DNA of 64,000 nucleotides. Source: Macrostomum lignano. Lineage: Eukaryota. Positions 53,501 through 64,000 of the stretch are shown here, piece by piece; within the stretch, counting starts at the first letter, position 1; every line of letters begins with the position of its first letter. The notes beneath the pieces are model-generated. The model was not told the DNA's origin. It did not search any database and saw only the letters and a list, made by a program, of their open reading frames with translations. Location: the NCBI GenBank assembly GCA_002269645.1, contig NIVC01000227.1, forward strand, positions 310,001 to 374,000, read 5' to 3'. The translations under genes and the position numbers were made by a program.

Positions 53501-56195
53501 CGACTATTTCGGAGTTCTATCCAGCGACAAAGGTCAAATGTTTCTACTGTTGAAGAAAACTGTCCAGATTCTGTGCGCTGATCTACTTACTCGCCGTATT
53601 GAACGCCTGAAAGCGCCGCAACTGCCGTCGAAACTTCCGATCGGTGAGGCATTTTTAAGTTATGCAACTCGCCGAGCTGCAGTTGAAGCGATGCGCGCAG
53701 CTGCCAGCGATCTGGCGCAGGCGGATGCGCGCCTCGACCTGGCAGTTGCCACGGACGGCGGGTCGCAAGGCGAACTGGAGCTAAACAAATTTGCAATCAG
53801 CCAGGCTAGAGAGCTGCTGCGATTGAAGATTGCTGAGTACCTGGTGAGTTTGGTTGCAGATACAGCCTTGTAATATCATTGAGTCAATTTTCACGAATGA
53901 CTAATTAACAAACACGGGATTTTTACTCGTAGTCTTGAGTCCAAACCAGAGTCTTACTAAGCCAGATTCAGTTTGATCTTGAAATCCTATATACTAAAAA
54001 TTCCTATCTAAACATAACTCAGTCCCTCTACTTTCCTTTGCAGGAAAGCTCAGTTGACCAGGAAAGTGGCTCTCCACTGGCCGCTGAGATCGTACCGAAG
54101 CTGTCCGAGTTGCTGACTCAAGCGGCAGGCGGCGACTCATCCAAGGTGTCAGCCGCTATGCTCTGTCTAGCCCAGAACGGGCTTCAACTGGTGCTGCAAT
54201 TTTCTCTGAAACTGAAACACGACGATCATTGTCAACCGGAGATGTTGTTTGCTCGACCAGGACATCCGGGTCACGTGATCGTTCAGTACCGATGCGTAGG
54301 TATTGAAAGCTACGCCAGAGCTCTTCACCGCGAGGTCATGTGCTGGCCTGGTCAACTCGTGACCTACGATGTTAACCTGGGAGTTGTATCCGTAAGCAAG
54401 ACCTTCGACTCTGGGATTCTGTGTCTCCTGCCTGATGGTGAGCGCTGCTTTACCTACCGGATGAAGATTGTCAGCGTCCAGACTGGAGAAACAGTTCACG
54501 ATCTTGACCCAACCAACGCCGTGGTGCTGAAGGACATGCTGTTGACGATGGACGGTTCCGTACTTATTGGACGAAGGCTCGCCTTGGGGCAAAGGTGGAG
54601 CAATCGAGATCAGGAGGATGGGACAGAGGAGGACCTGATGCAGGATGGTCAGAGAATTCTGCAGGTGAGTTTGGCGGATCACGACTGTTCAGTTTTTTGT
54701 TAGAATGCTACCTGTCTTTGGTTACAATGTGTCCAGGCATCGGGTTGCAGTGTGTCCAGTCATCGGGTTGCAGTGTGTCCAGTCATCGGGTTGCAGTGTG
54801 TTTAGTCATCGGGTTGCAGTGTGTTTAGTGATCGGGTTGCAGTGTGTTTAGTCATGGGGTTGCAGTGTGTTTAGTCATGGGGTTGCAGTGTGTTTAGTCA
54901 TGGGGTTGCAGTGTGTTTAGTCATGGGGTTGCAGTGTGTTTAGTGATCGGGTTGCAGTGTGTTTAGTCATGGGGTTGCAGTGTGTTTAGTCATGGGGTTG
55001 CAGTGTGTTTAGTCATGGGGTTGCAGTGAGTCCACAGTCATCGGGTTGCAGTGTGTTTAGTCATCGGGTTGCAGTGTGTCCACAGTCATCGGGTTGCAAT
55101 GTGTCCAGTCATCGGGTTGCAATGTGTCCAGTCATCGGGTTGCAATGTGTCCACAGTCATCGGGTTGCAGTGTGTCCACAGTCATCGGGTTGCAGTGAGT
55201 CCAGTCATCGGGTTGCAGTGAGTCCAGTCATCGGGTTGCAGTGAGTCCAGTCATCGGGTTGCAGTGAGTCCAGTCATCGGGTTGCAGTGAGTCCAGTCAT
55301 CGGGTTGCAGTGAGTCCAGTCATCGGGTTGCAGTGAGTCCAGTCATCGGGTTGCAATGTGTCCAGTCATCGGGTTGCAGTGAGTCCAGTCATCGGGTTGC
55401 AGTGAGTCCAGTCATCGGGTTGCAGTGAGTCCAGTCATCGGGTTGCAATGTGTCCACAGTCATCGGGTTGCAGTGAGTCCTACCTCTACTTTAGGATTCA
55501 TATCTAGTCTTAAAGTCAGACTTCTGTATGTTTAATCAACCAACTCAAACATCCACAGGCCTTCTCCCTCCTGGACGGCTCTCTGCTATTCAACTATCTA
55601 TTCGAGGAGGAGCCAGTGCTGCTCATGTCTCCGAGCCCCAACAGACTTGTCGTCTTGCTTCGAGACCATCCGGTGCAGGTGTACGAAATTCTGCAGGCAG
55701 AACACACCGATAGTCACCAGGCGTTGTTAAATAACAGAAATCCGAAACCGATTAACGATTACCTACAACGCGACTACCTTAGCTATGTTCGTGAGTAATA
55801 CCCACTATAATAGTGTATTGGGGGCATGCATCATTGTGCGTAGGTTCAGTATTATTTATTAAATACAAAGTGACGATTGCAGTCCGATATGCAAATTTAT
55901 TGAAAATTGTTGATCCAGACTCAAAAAAACATTCACCTTCAGAAAACTTAGCAGTCAAATTTCTAGGTGTAGCATCGGTTTTGTTTGCAGAATGTTTTAA
56001 AACAAATAAACAGTTTATATAAATATATGATTTATTAAAAAGCATTAGAAATCTTTTTGATTATATTTTACTTTAATGAAACTTTTAGGCGCCGTCCTGT
56101 CCAGAGGCTTGGCCAGAGTTGCCGACGCGCGACCAGCTGATCCGATTGAGTTCTTGGCCCACTGGCTGCTGCTGATGAAGGGCGCAGATGCCTAG
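47568..56195 (+). CDS. DUF4062-NACHT (NWD1/NWD2-like) STAND protein with divergent propeller region and C-terminal Dpy-30-like motif, about 2100 aa
   Basis: Exons 47568/47598-47776 (start uncertain), 48152-48396, 48609-48697, 48799-48915, 48989-50124, 50196-51027, 51123-53843, 54044-54664, 55559-55790, 56089-56195, all GT-AG and phase-consistent. RVFLSSTFS|[18 protein letters not shown]; Walker [10 protein letters not shown]; Walker [12 protein letters not shown]; [16 protein letters not shown]; WYHRQF; last exon [28 protein letters not shown]. Confidence 0.88.
54735..55482. repeat. 23-bp minisatellite in NACHT gene intron
   Basis: Unit CAGTCATCGGGTTGCAGTGAGTC. Confidence 0.95.
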
Positions 56196-58034
56196 AGATA
56201 TTAATCATAATTTTTTAGTACTAAGCGTCAAAAAACATCCAAGATAGTTAGACATAGTATCTTACTAACTTCTGGTGCCTAACGTTGCCTCAAAGACGGT
56301 CATTTTGTTCCTTATAAATATTTTTTAAGCTCACAAAACTAAAATTTACGAAGCCGTGTTTTATACCAAATTTGCCGCTCAGATCTATTTTTGCTAGTAT
56401 TTCTTTCTACAACTTTATTGCCATCAGCTGAAGTCTATACCGATTTTTCGTACTTTCAAAATATATTTTATCGAACTCATTTCTACATTTAAGACAGAAA
56501 AGGAATTGTCTACCAAAAGGAACCACTGTGATTTAGTCTTCTCATATTTTCTACGTGTAGACAGCATCAAGTTAGTGGCTTATGAAGTCATTTTAAGACA
56601 AAGACAACTTGTGACCTCTTTTGTCTCCGGTGTGACTATACTTCTTTGTTTTTAATTTTGCTCAGCGGTACGTTGGAAGCCTTGCAGTCAAGTCGGATTT
56701 CTCCTAGTCTAGCGAGTCTCTTCAGTTGGACCTTCAATCTTTAAAACAAATAGTTAAGCAAAAATACTCTAGTATATATTTTGTCTCTTTTAGATATTCT
56801 TTTGCTGCCATCAAAATTTTGATTTAGACAAGATTATAATCTAGTTACTAGTTTTTAAACTTAAATGCTTTAGAATTACTTCCTTCGAGCACTAGTATTT
56901 GTCTGTCTGAGTATTTCTTACTTCTTACTGGTCGCATTCTTACTATGTTCCGAGTGCAGGATCCATTCTTTTACAGGCCTGGAATCTCTTAATATGTATT
57001 TCTTCTTTTAAATATCTCTCTCAGTTATCTAGGGTATTTAACCTAGGGATCATGTAACTCCGAGATCTAGTTCGTTTCATTTCAATCGCCTCCTCCATAT
57101 TATACTTACCAGTAGTACATACGATGTTTTCCTTCTATTTCACTCTTCGAAAAAGTTAACACGATTCTTAATAGTATATATTCTTAATACATGTGGTAAT
57201 ATATATAGTAATATATTTACTTGAAACACTAGATTAGGCCTGTAAGCTTTCTAGTTTTTCCTCTATTTAATACCCTTTTGAGCAAAGGCTAGATTAGCAT
57301 TTAAACAAACTTCAGGTTTTTAAATATTATTTTTCAGTTGTTAAAAATGAAAACAAAAACTATTATTATTATAAGCACTTAGATTCACAATTCCGTCGCC
57401 GACGATGGGCCGGGTGACCACCCGCATGCATGGTTAGCAAGGGCAGGGGTGTTTTTAACAAAATTAACACATGAAACACATTTCTAGTTCTATCCATTAA
57501 ACTGGCATGTTGCTACGTGGGGAAGGGTAGATTAGTTGGTGTCAGGCATTTTGCCTTGGTTGAGCTAGACCGTCTTTGAATTTTCCCTCTCCTTCGTGTG
57601 CGTGAGCCCGCAGGTCCATCCCCTTGGTTGCTAGGCTCCTCGGGGTTGGCTGTCGGTCTCCTCCCAACCCGCCCACTTGCTGCGCTCATCACTCTTCTCT
57701 GGCTGGCCTCGCCTGTCAACCTCATCGCCCTAAGTCGCCGTCTCGCCTTTGTCTTCAGTCTGAAATGGATGGTGGCTGCGCTGTATCTTTGTCCCGCTTG
57801 GTTGCTTTCGCCTCTATTGTTTGATTTATTCATTCTTTCTTCTTGCGCCCATCTATACTTTTAACCCTGGCCTCGCTTGACGGCTTGGCTTCTTTTTGTT
57901 GCGTGGCCCATTTCTTATGGACTTCTAAGTCCGATACCGCCGACTCCCCTGAACAGGCACACAAGCGCGCGGATACGTACGCAGTTATACGCACAGGCAC
58001 TCACTCAGACGGGAGTGTACAGCGGCCCTAACTT

Positions 58035-58142
58035 TATTTTTATCATTAAGCATGTACATTTCACTGTGCCTTGGGGGGTTGGCCGGGGCCTGGGCCGCTA
58101 TAGCACACCAGAACGCTGCGCTGGACTACTGGGTTACGGCCC
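58035..58142 (-). mobile_element. tRNA-derived SINE-like repeat, partially deleted copy
   Basis: GCATGTACATTTCACTGTGCCTTGGGG..GGGCCGCT..GACTACTGGGTTACGGCC, similar to 23895-24080 and 61520-61705. Confidence 0.6.
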
Positions 58143-58913
58143 TGTGGATTCTACGAGTACATGTATGTTGCAATATCGTGATAAATATGTAATATGCAGT
58201 TTGGCTTATCAAACTTCTATGAACTAATTGTTCATGTAAGCCTTAGGCTCGTTTATCTCGCGGATGGTCTTTGAGAAAGGAATACCGACCCAACATAGTA
58301 AGAGACCCACGTCTCTACTGGAAGTTGATTTTAAAGGTCCACTGAAAAATCAATACATTTCCCGATTAATTTCACCGCAAAAAATAAGCTTGCCTTTCTT
58401 TCCGTCAATAGAAATTTGACGCTGCCCAATGTCGCTGTCCAATATTCACTTGATGACCGAATAACTTCTATTCGATTAACTAATCATAATACAGGACGCC
58501 TACGAATTATTTTACCTATTGAGTATGTAACAGCCATGCTGGATACTCAGAACAATAGCCTTCTGCTCTGCGAAAGATGAGTGAGAAAATGTCTGGATTT
58601 TTTGTAGGTCCGTGACCGTGAGGAGAAGTTGCAGATTCTAAGCAACTTGCACGGGGCTGCCACTTCATTTTAACCCTCACGGATCGATAGAGGTGATGTA
58701 AGGGTGGCGGAGTGGGAGCTTGCATGTATAGGGGACCTAAATTCTTAAGAGAATAAAGTTTTGCAGAGCAAGCACTGCACAGCATTCAAGAATTGCTGCC
58801 TTTAGACTATTAGTCATTGGAAATTGCTGCATTTTTCGCTTCAAACGCTACTGCAGTCTCTGTAAGTGCCTTAGTTGAAGCACAGCAACAATATGAAACA
58901 TTGAATTGTGAAG

Positions 58914-58970
58914 ATGCTGCTAGTTACCCTAACGACCCTGGCAGAGCTGCTGCTAGCTGTTTTGTATTGA
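58914..58970 (+). pseudogene. Truncated C-type lectin paralog (signal peptide only)
   Basis: MLLVTLTTLAELLLAVLY* vs MLLVTLTTLAKLLLTVGAQ at 62497; similarity ends after about 14 codons. Confidence 0.8.
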
Positions 58971-59214
58971 CTGCATTTGTCGGGGCAAAACAGTTTTAAG
59001 ATTATAAACATTGAATCTAATACAGACTGACACCCGACACGTATAATCTGACACCTGACAGGTAAATTCTGACATCTAATGAATGCCAAATATTTGATCG
59101 AGAAAAATTCTCAGGTACATGCAAAACTGTCCTACCACCATTAATAACACCAACTGAAAACCTTGAAAACAACAAAGAAACACTTTCAACATAAACCATA
59201 GCCCAAAACACCCC

Positions 59215-59506
59215 CTAAGAAAAGCCGGACCTCAGTGACCTGTCAAACTCTTCCGCAGTGAAGGTGCCATCCAGCCTTTCGCAGTTCCGGTTGAACACCG
59301 AATAGGCACTCGGCCCGGAGCGCCTCCGACTGTCTCCGCGCATACTACTCACCAGTAGGTACAAGAGGCCGCAGATGAAGAACACGGCGCCCCATTCGAT
59401 GTACACAAAGTACAGCCACAGCAACAGGAAGACGCCGAGCCGAACCGGCCAGCCCATGGCAACGAGGCGGTGGGCGCGAACTCGCTCGGGTAGCAACAGG
59501 TAGAGC
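59215..59506 (-). CDS. SAYSD1: SAYSvFN-domain protein, terminal exon; first exon not identified
   Basis: LLLWLYFVYIEWGAVFFICGLLYLLVSSMRG..SAYSVFNRNCERLDGTFTAEEFDRSL*; acceptor ccag at 59507-59510 after a repeat-filled intron. Confidence 0.85.
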
Positions 59507-59514
59507 CTGGTAAT

Positions 59515-59750
59515 AGAGGGGTGGCTGTGCGTACACTGAGGATAGAGGGGTGGCTGTGCGTACACTGAGGATAGAGGGGTGGCTGTGCGTACACTGAGGA
59601 TAGAGGGGTGGCTGTGTGTACACTGAGGATAGAGGGGTGGCTGTGTGTACACTGAGAATAGAGGGGTGGCTGTGTGTACACTGAGGATAGAGGGGTGGCT
59701 TCATGTATACAGGGGATAAAGGTACGGCTGTGTGTACACTGGGGACAGAG
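59515..59750. repeat. 29-bp minisatellite
   Basis: Unit GATAGAGGGGTGGCTGTGCGTACACTGAG. Confidence 0.94.
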
Positions 59751-61239
59751 AATATTAGTTTTTAATACTCGTCAAAACCTGATTGTAAACAAGAACCGAG
59801 TATGAAAAAACATCGAGTATCGAGTATCGAGCATCGAGTATCTTTTGATTGAAACACACTTAAAGTGAGCTCTCTCAGCGGAGTGTATTTTATATAGAAT
59901 GACGGCACGTTGTACTCTGAAACCATGCACATTGGCACATTGAACAGTCTAAAGTTCGCATAAATCGATAGTCACTCACATGTACACAATAATAGTCCAA
60001 CGCAAGTAAGTTATCACAATGTGCAGATGGCAGATTTTGTTACTGATGAAGTCACTTTAAGATGCACATTCTTTGCATTGCTTTGCTGTTTGTCGATCCT
60101 ACAAACAGTACATTGTTCTGCATAAAAATCAATTCTTTATAATTATTGTTTCACTAGTCTGGAATCTCGTACTATAGTTTTTTGGAATTACTATCTTTGT
60201 AAATATCTCTCAGTTACTAGTATCGAGGGTATTCAACCATCCAGTCCTTTGGCGCTACCGAGATTAGAGGGCCACGATCTTCTTAATACTGCATACGTAC
60301 CTCTGGGATCCACTTGAATTATTACTGTTTAATACTATTCGTATAATTTAGTGCAATAGGTCAATATTATACTTCTGAAAGATTTAGCATTAAACAAAAA
60401 CGATTAATATCATAAGCTATTGAACATCTATTTTATAAGTGTTTTAGATTTTTATCGCCCCTGCCGCCGATAGTTAGCAATGGCAGAGGTTTCAGTAAAT
60501 ATAATCACATGAAACACATCTCTGGTTCTACCCAATAAACTGCGAGTAGTATGTTGTGGCTACGGGATGAGTTGGGGGATGAGTTGGGGGATGAGTTGGT
60601 GTTTGTCATTTTGCCTTGGTTGAGTTAAAGTGGTTAGGGCAGGTCTGTCTTGAAATTTTTTGCGCTCTTTCGTACGCGTCTGCCCGCAGGTGCACCCCAT
60701 TGGTTGCTAGGCTCCTTGGGGTTGGCTGTCGGTCTTGGGCGCGCACGCTGCTCCTCCCTCCCCTGCGGCGGATTCCGGCCCGGTCACGTGCTGCGCTCAT
60801 CACTTTCTCTGCATGGCTGGCCTCGCCTTTTCTTCTGTATTGAATGGATGGTGGCTGCGAAGTAGTTTTGTCACGCTTGGTTGCTTTCGCCTCTATTGTT
60901 TATCTTTATTCATTTCATCTTTCTTATTGCGCCTCTTTACACTTTTAACCTGCCCTCGCCTCTTCACTTAGGCTTGGCTTCTTTTGCTGCGTGTCCCATT
61001 TCTTATGGATGTCATGAAGCCCTGTACTGGCGTCTATGAAAATTAGCTGAAATCCTCATCTGATAATGAAGTTACAAGATTGTTATTGCCCTATCGCTGT
61101 GCCTTGTACAATGGACATTTTAGTTCGACCATAGACAAATTGGCCAATCCTATTCGCTCCTCGAAGCTATATCCTTACTGTAGTGCAATTAGATTGTGTT
61201 TTTATTAGAGGCAGACTATAAGCGAAATGCCGACATTGT

Positions 61240-61390
61240 CTAGCAATTTGACGATCATTATTCGCTCTCTTTAGCAGAACAATGCATTGTTTGTAGGATA
61301 TGTTTAGGATGTTTAGGATGGCGAGGCCAGCCTACCGGCGCTCTCCAGACAATCGTTGTCACGCACTGGGACCGCTGATTATTTATCCAT
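61240..61390. repeat. Interspersed repeat shared with 33020-33378
   Basis: Near-identical 5' and 3' parts; only 2-3 TTTAGGATG units here. Confidence 0.8.
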
Positions 61391-61519
61391 TGTCACACTA
61401 CCGGCGACAGGCATTGCTGCCAATTCCGCCGACTCCCCTGAGCAGGCACACAAGCGATCGGATGCGTACGCAGCCATACGCACAGGCACACGCTCAACAC
61501 AGGAATGTACAGTGGCCCT

Positions 61520-61705
61520 AACTTTATTTATCTTTAGGCATGTACACTTCACAGTGCCTTGGGGTTTGGCCATCAAGGGCGTTAATTGTACCAGCAGAGC
61601 CAAGCCGAGATTCCAATTTAGCCCCAAATTAATGCAACTGAACTTGGAATCGAGCCTGGGCCGCTGGCGTATGAAAGCGCCGCGCCAGACCACTGGGCTA
61701 CGGCC
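61520..61705 (-). mobile_element. tRNA-derived SINE-like repeat, copy 3
   Basis: Minus strand GGCCGTAGCCCAGTGGTCTGGCGCGGCGCTTTCATACGCCAGCGGCCCAGGCTCGATTCC, a tRNA-like head with A and B boxes. Confidence 0.72.
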
Positions 61706-62496
61706 TCGTGGATTTTACAGGTATATGTACAAAATAGAGGGCCTTTTTCTGCGCAGTTTGACCGATCGAACTTATGAAATAACATGTACATTTTATGTAA
61801 GCCTAATTATATCTACGGATGGTCTTTGAGAAAGGAATACCGACCCAAGAGAACCACTTCTGTACTTGAAGTTTAAGTCTCAGTGAAAAATCAATACATT
61901 TCCCGATAAATTTCGCAACAACACGGGCGTGCCTTTCTTTCAGTCAATGGAGCTTTTCTGAGCAGTATTTAAAATTGCATGCTCGATTGCACGTGGACAT
62001 CACACCAGAAATGCATGTCACTGCATTCAACCTGAGATTCACTTGGCAATCTTTATCTTTCCGTCTCGAGTATAGTTTTTGTTTTAACAAGCTTGACTTG
62101 AAAACAGCCTGCTATAGATACTCAAGGCAATTGCCTTCCTCTGCTCTGTGAAAGCTGAGTGAGGAGATTTATGAATGTTCTGTAGGTCTGTCAACCGTGA
62201 AGACAAGTTTTATGCACCCGGCCATTTCTTGTGCTTTCTTCAGTTGCAGACTCTAAGCAGCATCGCACGGGGTTGCCGATGCCACTTCATTTTAACCCAA
62301 ACGGATCGATACAAGGGACGCGGGGTGGCGGAGAGGGAACTTGCATGTAGGGGGAGCCAAAATCTTAAGAGACTAGAAAGACTCGACTATACAAGAAGAG
62401 ACTAGAAGCAAGAATTCCGGAATTCCTGCCTCAAATTGCTGCACAGCAATTGAGGCACAGCAACTACAATAACTAACTAAGAACCGAGCTGTAAAG

Positions 62497-63240
62497 ATGC
62501 TGCTAGTTACCCTAACGACCCTGGCAAAGCTGCTGCTCACTGTTGGAGCCCAGCTGTGCCCCGCTCCGTTCAACCTCGAGGCCGGCAAGTGCGTGTTCGT
62601 GAGCACAGCTCAAAGCCACAGCTGGTGTTGGGCTAATCAACAATGCCAGCTAATCGGAGGCGAGCTGATCAACTCGTACAGCTCGCTGCAGTTGCTGGGC
62701 AGCATGCCGAGCTTCATTTGTACATGCCACATGTGGCTCGGCGTGTCCGACCTGGCTGATGAGAGAAACGTGAGCAGGTCGGGCTGGCAGCGAGTCCTCA
62801 GCAAAGGCCTGGTGCCAACGGATGGTGCGCTGTGGAGCAGCCCAAATCCCGATAATAAACTGCAAGCTCAAGACTGCATCAGCACCATCTCTAATGGACT
62901 GATGGCGGACAGAGTCTGCTCTGATCTATTGGGCTACGCCTGCGAATTTACTGGTGCTGCCGAGACGCCTTCGAACCGCGCCACTGAAGCTGCCTGGAAG
63001 CGAACTCCGTTCAAGCGCACGAGCTACAACCCCAGCTCCCAGTACTGCTTCACCGACCTGCAGCAGGTGCGGAGCCCGATGCACTGCGTGGCTGCCGCCA
63101 TGCGCGAGCCGGGCAGCCGCTGCAGACACGTCCTGTACAACAGCAAGCTGAGAACCTGCCGTCTGCTGCTGTTCACCGACGCTCAGGTGGAGGAGGAGAT
63201 GGAGACGAGCGCCGACTGGGTGAAGTTCAGCCTGCCGTGA
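62497..63240 (+). CDS. Secreted C-type lectin domain protein with C-terminal PAN/apple-like domain, 247 aa, intronless
   Basis: Signal peptide; CPAPF....KC..SWCWANQQCQLIGGEL; MWLGVSD; W...NPDN...QDC; DRVCSDLLGYACE; C-terminal SPMHC..C..VLYNSKLRTCRL. Confidence 0.88.
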   Translation: MLLVTLTTLAKLLLTVGAQLCPAPFNLEAGKCVFVSTAQSHSWCWANQQCQLIGGELINSYSSLQLLGSMPSFICTCHMWLGVSDLADERNVSRSGWQRVLSKGLVPTDGALWSSPNPDNKLQAQDCISTISNGLMADRVCSDLLGYACEFTGAAETPSNRATEAAWKRTPFKRTSYNPSSQYCFTDLQQVRSPMHCVAAAMREPGSRCRHVLYNSKLRTCRLLLFTDAQVEEEMETSADWVKFSLP

Positions 63241-64000
63241 TCAATCAAGGCTGCAGTCAGGAAGATCTACATATGATCTATATTTATATTCCTCGCGAAT
63301 GCAAGAACAAGTAAAAAACTTTGCCAAACTACCATAGACAGCCTGCGGCAATCTGTTTCCCTGAGCGAAGTGAGAAATCCGTTACCCACCCCTTTAATCC
63401 TGAATCAAGGACTTTACATACACTGTCCTACAAGCAACGCAACTTCAAACGTTGCAATTCACATATAAAATCGCCATCTAGTGGAGACTTTTACTATAGA
63501 GAATGCTTTCTGGCGGGCCTTGAAAGAAAAGTTCCTACCAAGTTAAAATTCAGCGTCCTGAGTTTTTTAGTAGTCCTTGGCGTGGATAATGCTATGACAT
63601 TTTGTTGTTTAGTCAAGCCAAATATGTGTTTTTACAGTTTTCACGTCTATTTACGACTGACAAACGAGCTAACAAAGTCCTTAAAAAAGGAACGCTAATA
63701 TTTGATACTACTTAGTAGCTTATTACCCACCCTACTTTTTTTAACTCTATTGAACAGTTCTTAAGTTTTATCAGTGACTTTTTAAAGGTGTTTTCTTTTC
63801 AAATTTATATGGGTACTAACATGAAATCCCACTTCTGTCGAATATTTACTTTGAATTATTTATCATTAGCTTATCTGAGTAACAAAAATCGATCCTCTAA
63901 GTAATAAATCTACTCTCTTTATAGTGTGGCTTTTGTTACTCAGAACTTTTGAAAAGTGAAAACTGAAAAGCCATTGAAATTCTCGGAGCAAAAATGATAT

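Larger units (their letters stand above)
56950..58970 (+). repeat. Segmental duplicate (copy A) of the lectin upstream region at about 60150-62545
   Basis: Collinear diverged matches: CACATGAAACACAT, CATTTTGCCTTGGTTGAG, GCCTCGCCT..GAATGGATGGTGGCTGCG, GGATGGTCTTTGAGAAAGGAATACCGACCCAA, and finally ATGCTGCTAGTTACCCTAACGACCCTGGCA. Confidence 0.85.

Noticed and set aside
47568-56195. TEP1 (vault/telomerase protein) ortholog
   Set aside because: No TROVE or vWA region upstream of DUF4062; motifs fit the NWD1/NWD2 family better.
61640-61705. Functional tRNA gene
   Set aside because: Acceptor-stem pairing and the 3' end are not maintained; diverged copies with a shared non-tRNA tail indicate a SINE-like repeat.

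Overview
Eukaryotic, intron-rich invertebrate DNA: GC-rich exons, GT-AG introns, and nearly every large intron filled by its own minisatellite. This style suggests a free-living flatworm such as Macrostomum, but that is inference only. All homology calls are from manual comparison with remembered sequences; no searches were run. Positions 1-37644 hold a 5'-incomplete vault PARP gene (PARP4-like: regulatory region, H-Y-E catalytic domain, VIT, vWA, C-terminal MVP-binding region; about 29 exons and about 2250 aa in the window). The normally low-complexity region between its vWA block and C-terminal domain carries an in-frame array of fragments of highly conserved housekeeping proteins: a TPR-like unit, a ubiquitin-like domain ending in LRGG, an actin N-terminal fragment with a near-identical D-loop, tandemly duplicated phase-1 acidic exons, and an HSP70 linker plus substrate-binding domain. 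This candidate integrated-decoy (bait) PARP4 is the most unusual system in the window. A 17.4-kb PARP4 intron contains an apparently intact 14.35-kb CACTA/EnSpm-type DNA transposon (24-bp TIRs, TAC target-site duplication, subterminal repeats). It encodes a spliced transposase, a BEN-domain-like protein and an F-box/LRR cargo gene. Downstream lie an SLC16-like MFS transporter, an internally deleted BEL/Pao LTR retrotransposon and a DUF4062-NACHT (NWD1/2-like) gene ending in a Dpy-30-like motif. The window ends with a SAYSD1 terminal exon between two copies of a lectin upstream region, and a secreted C-type lectin/PAN gene.
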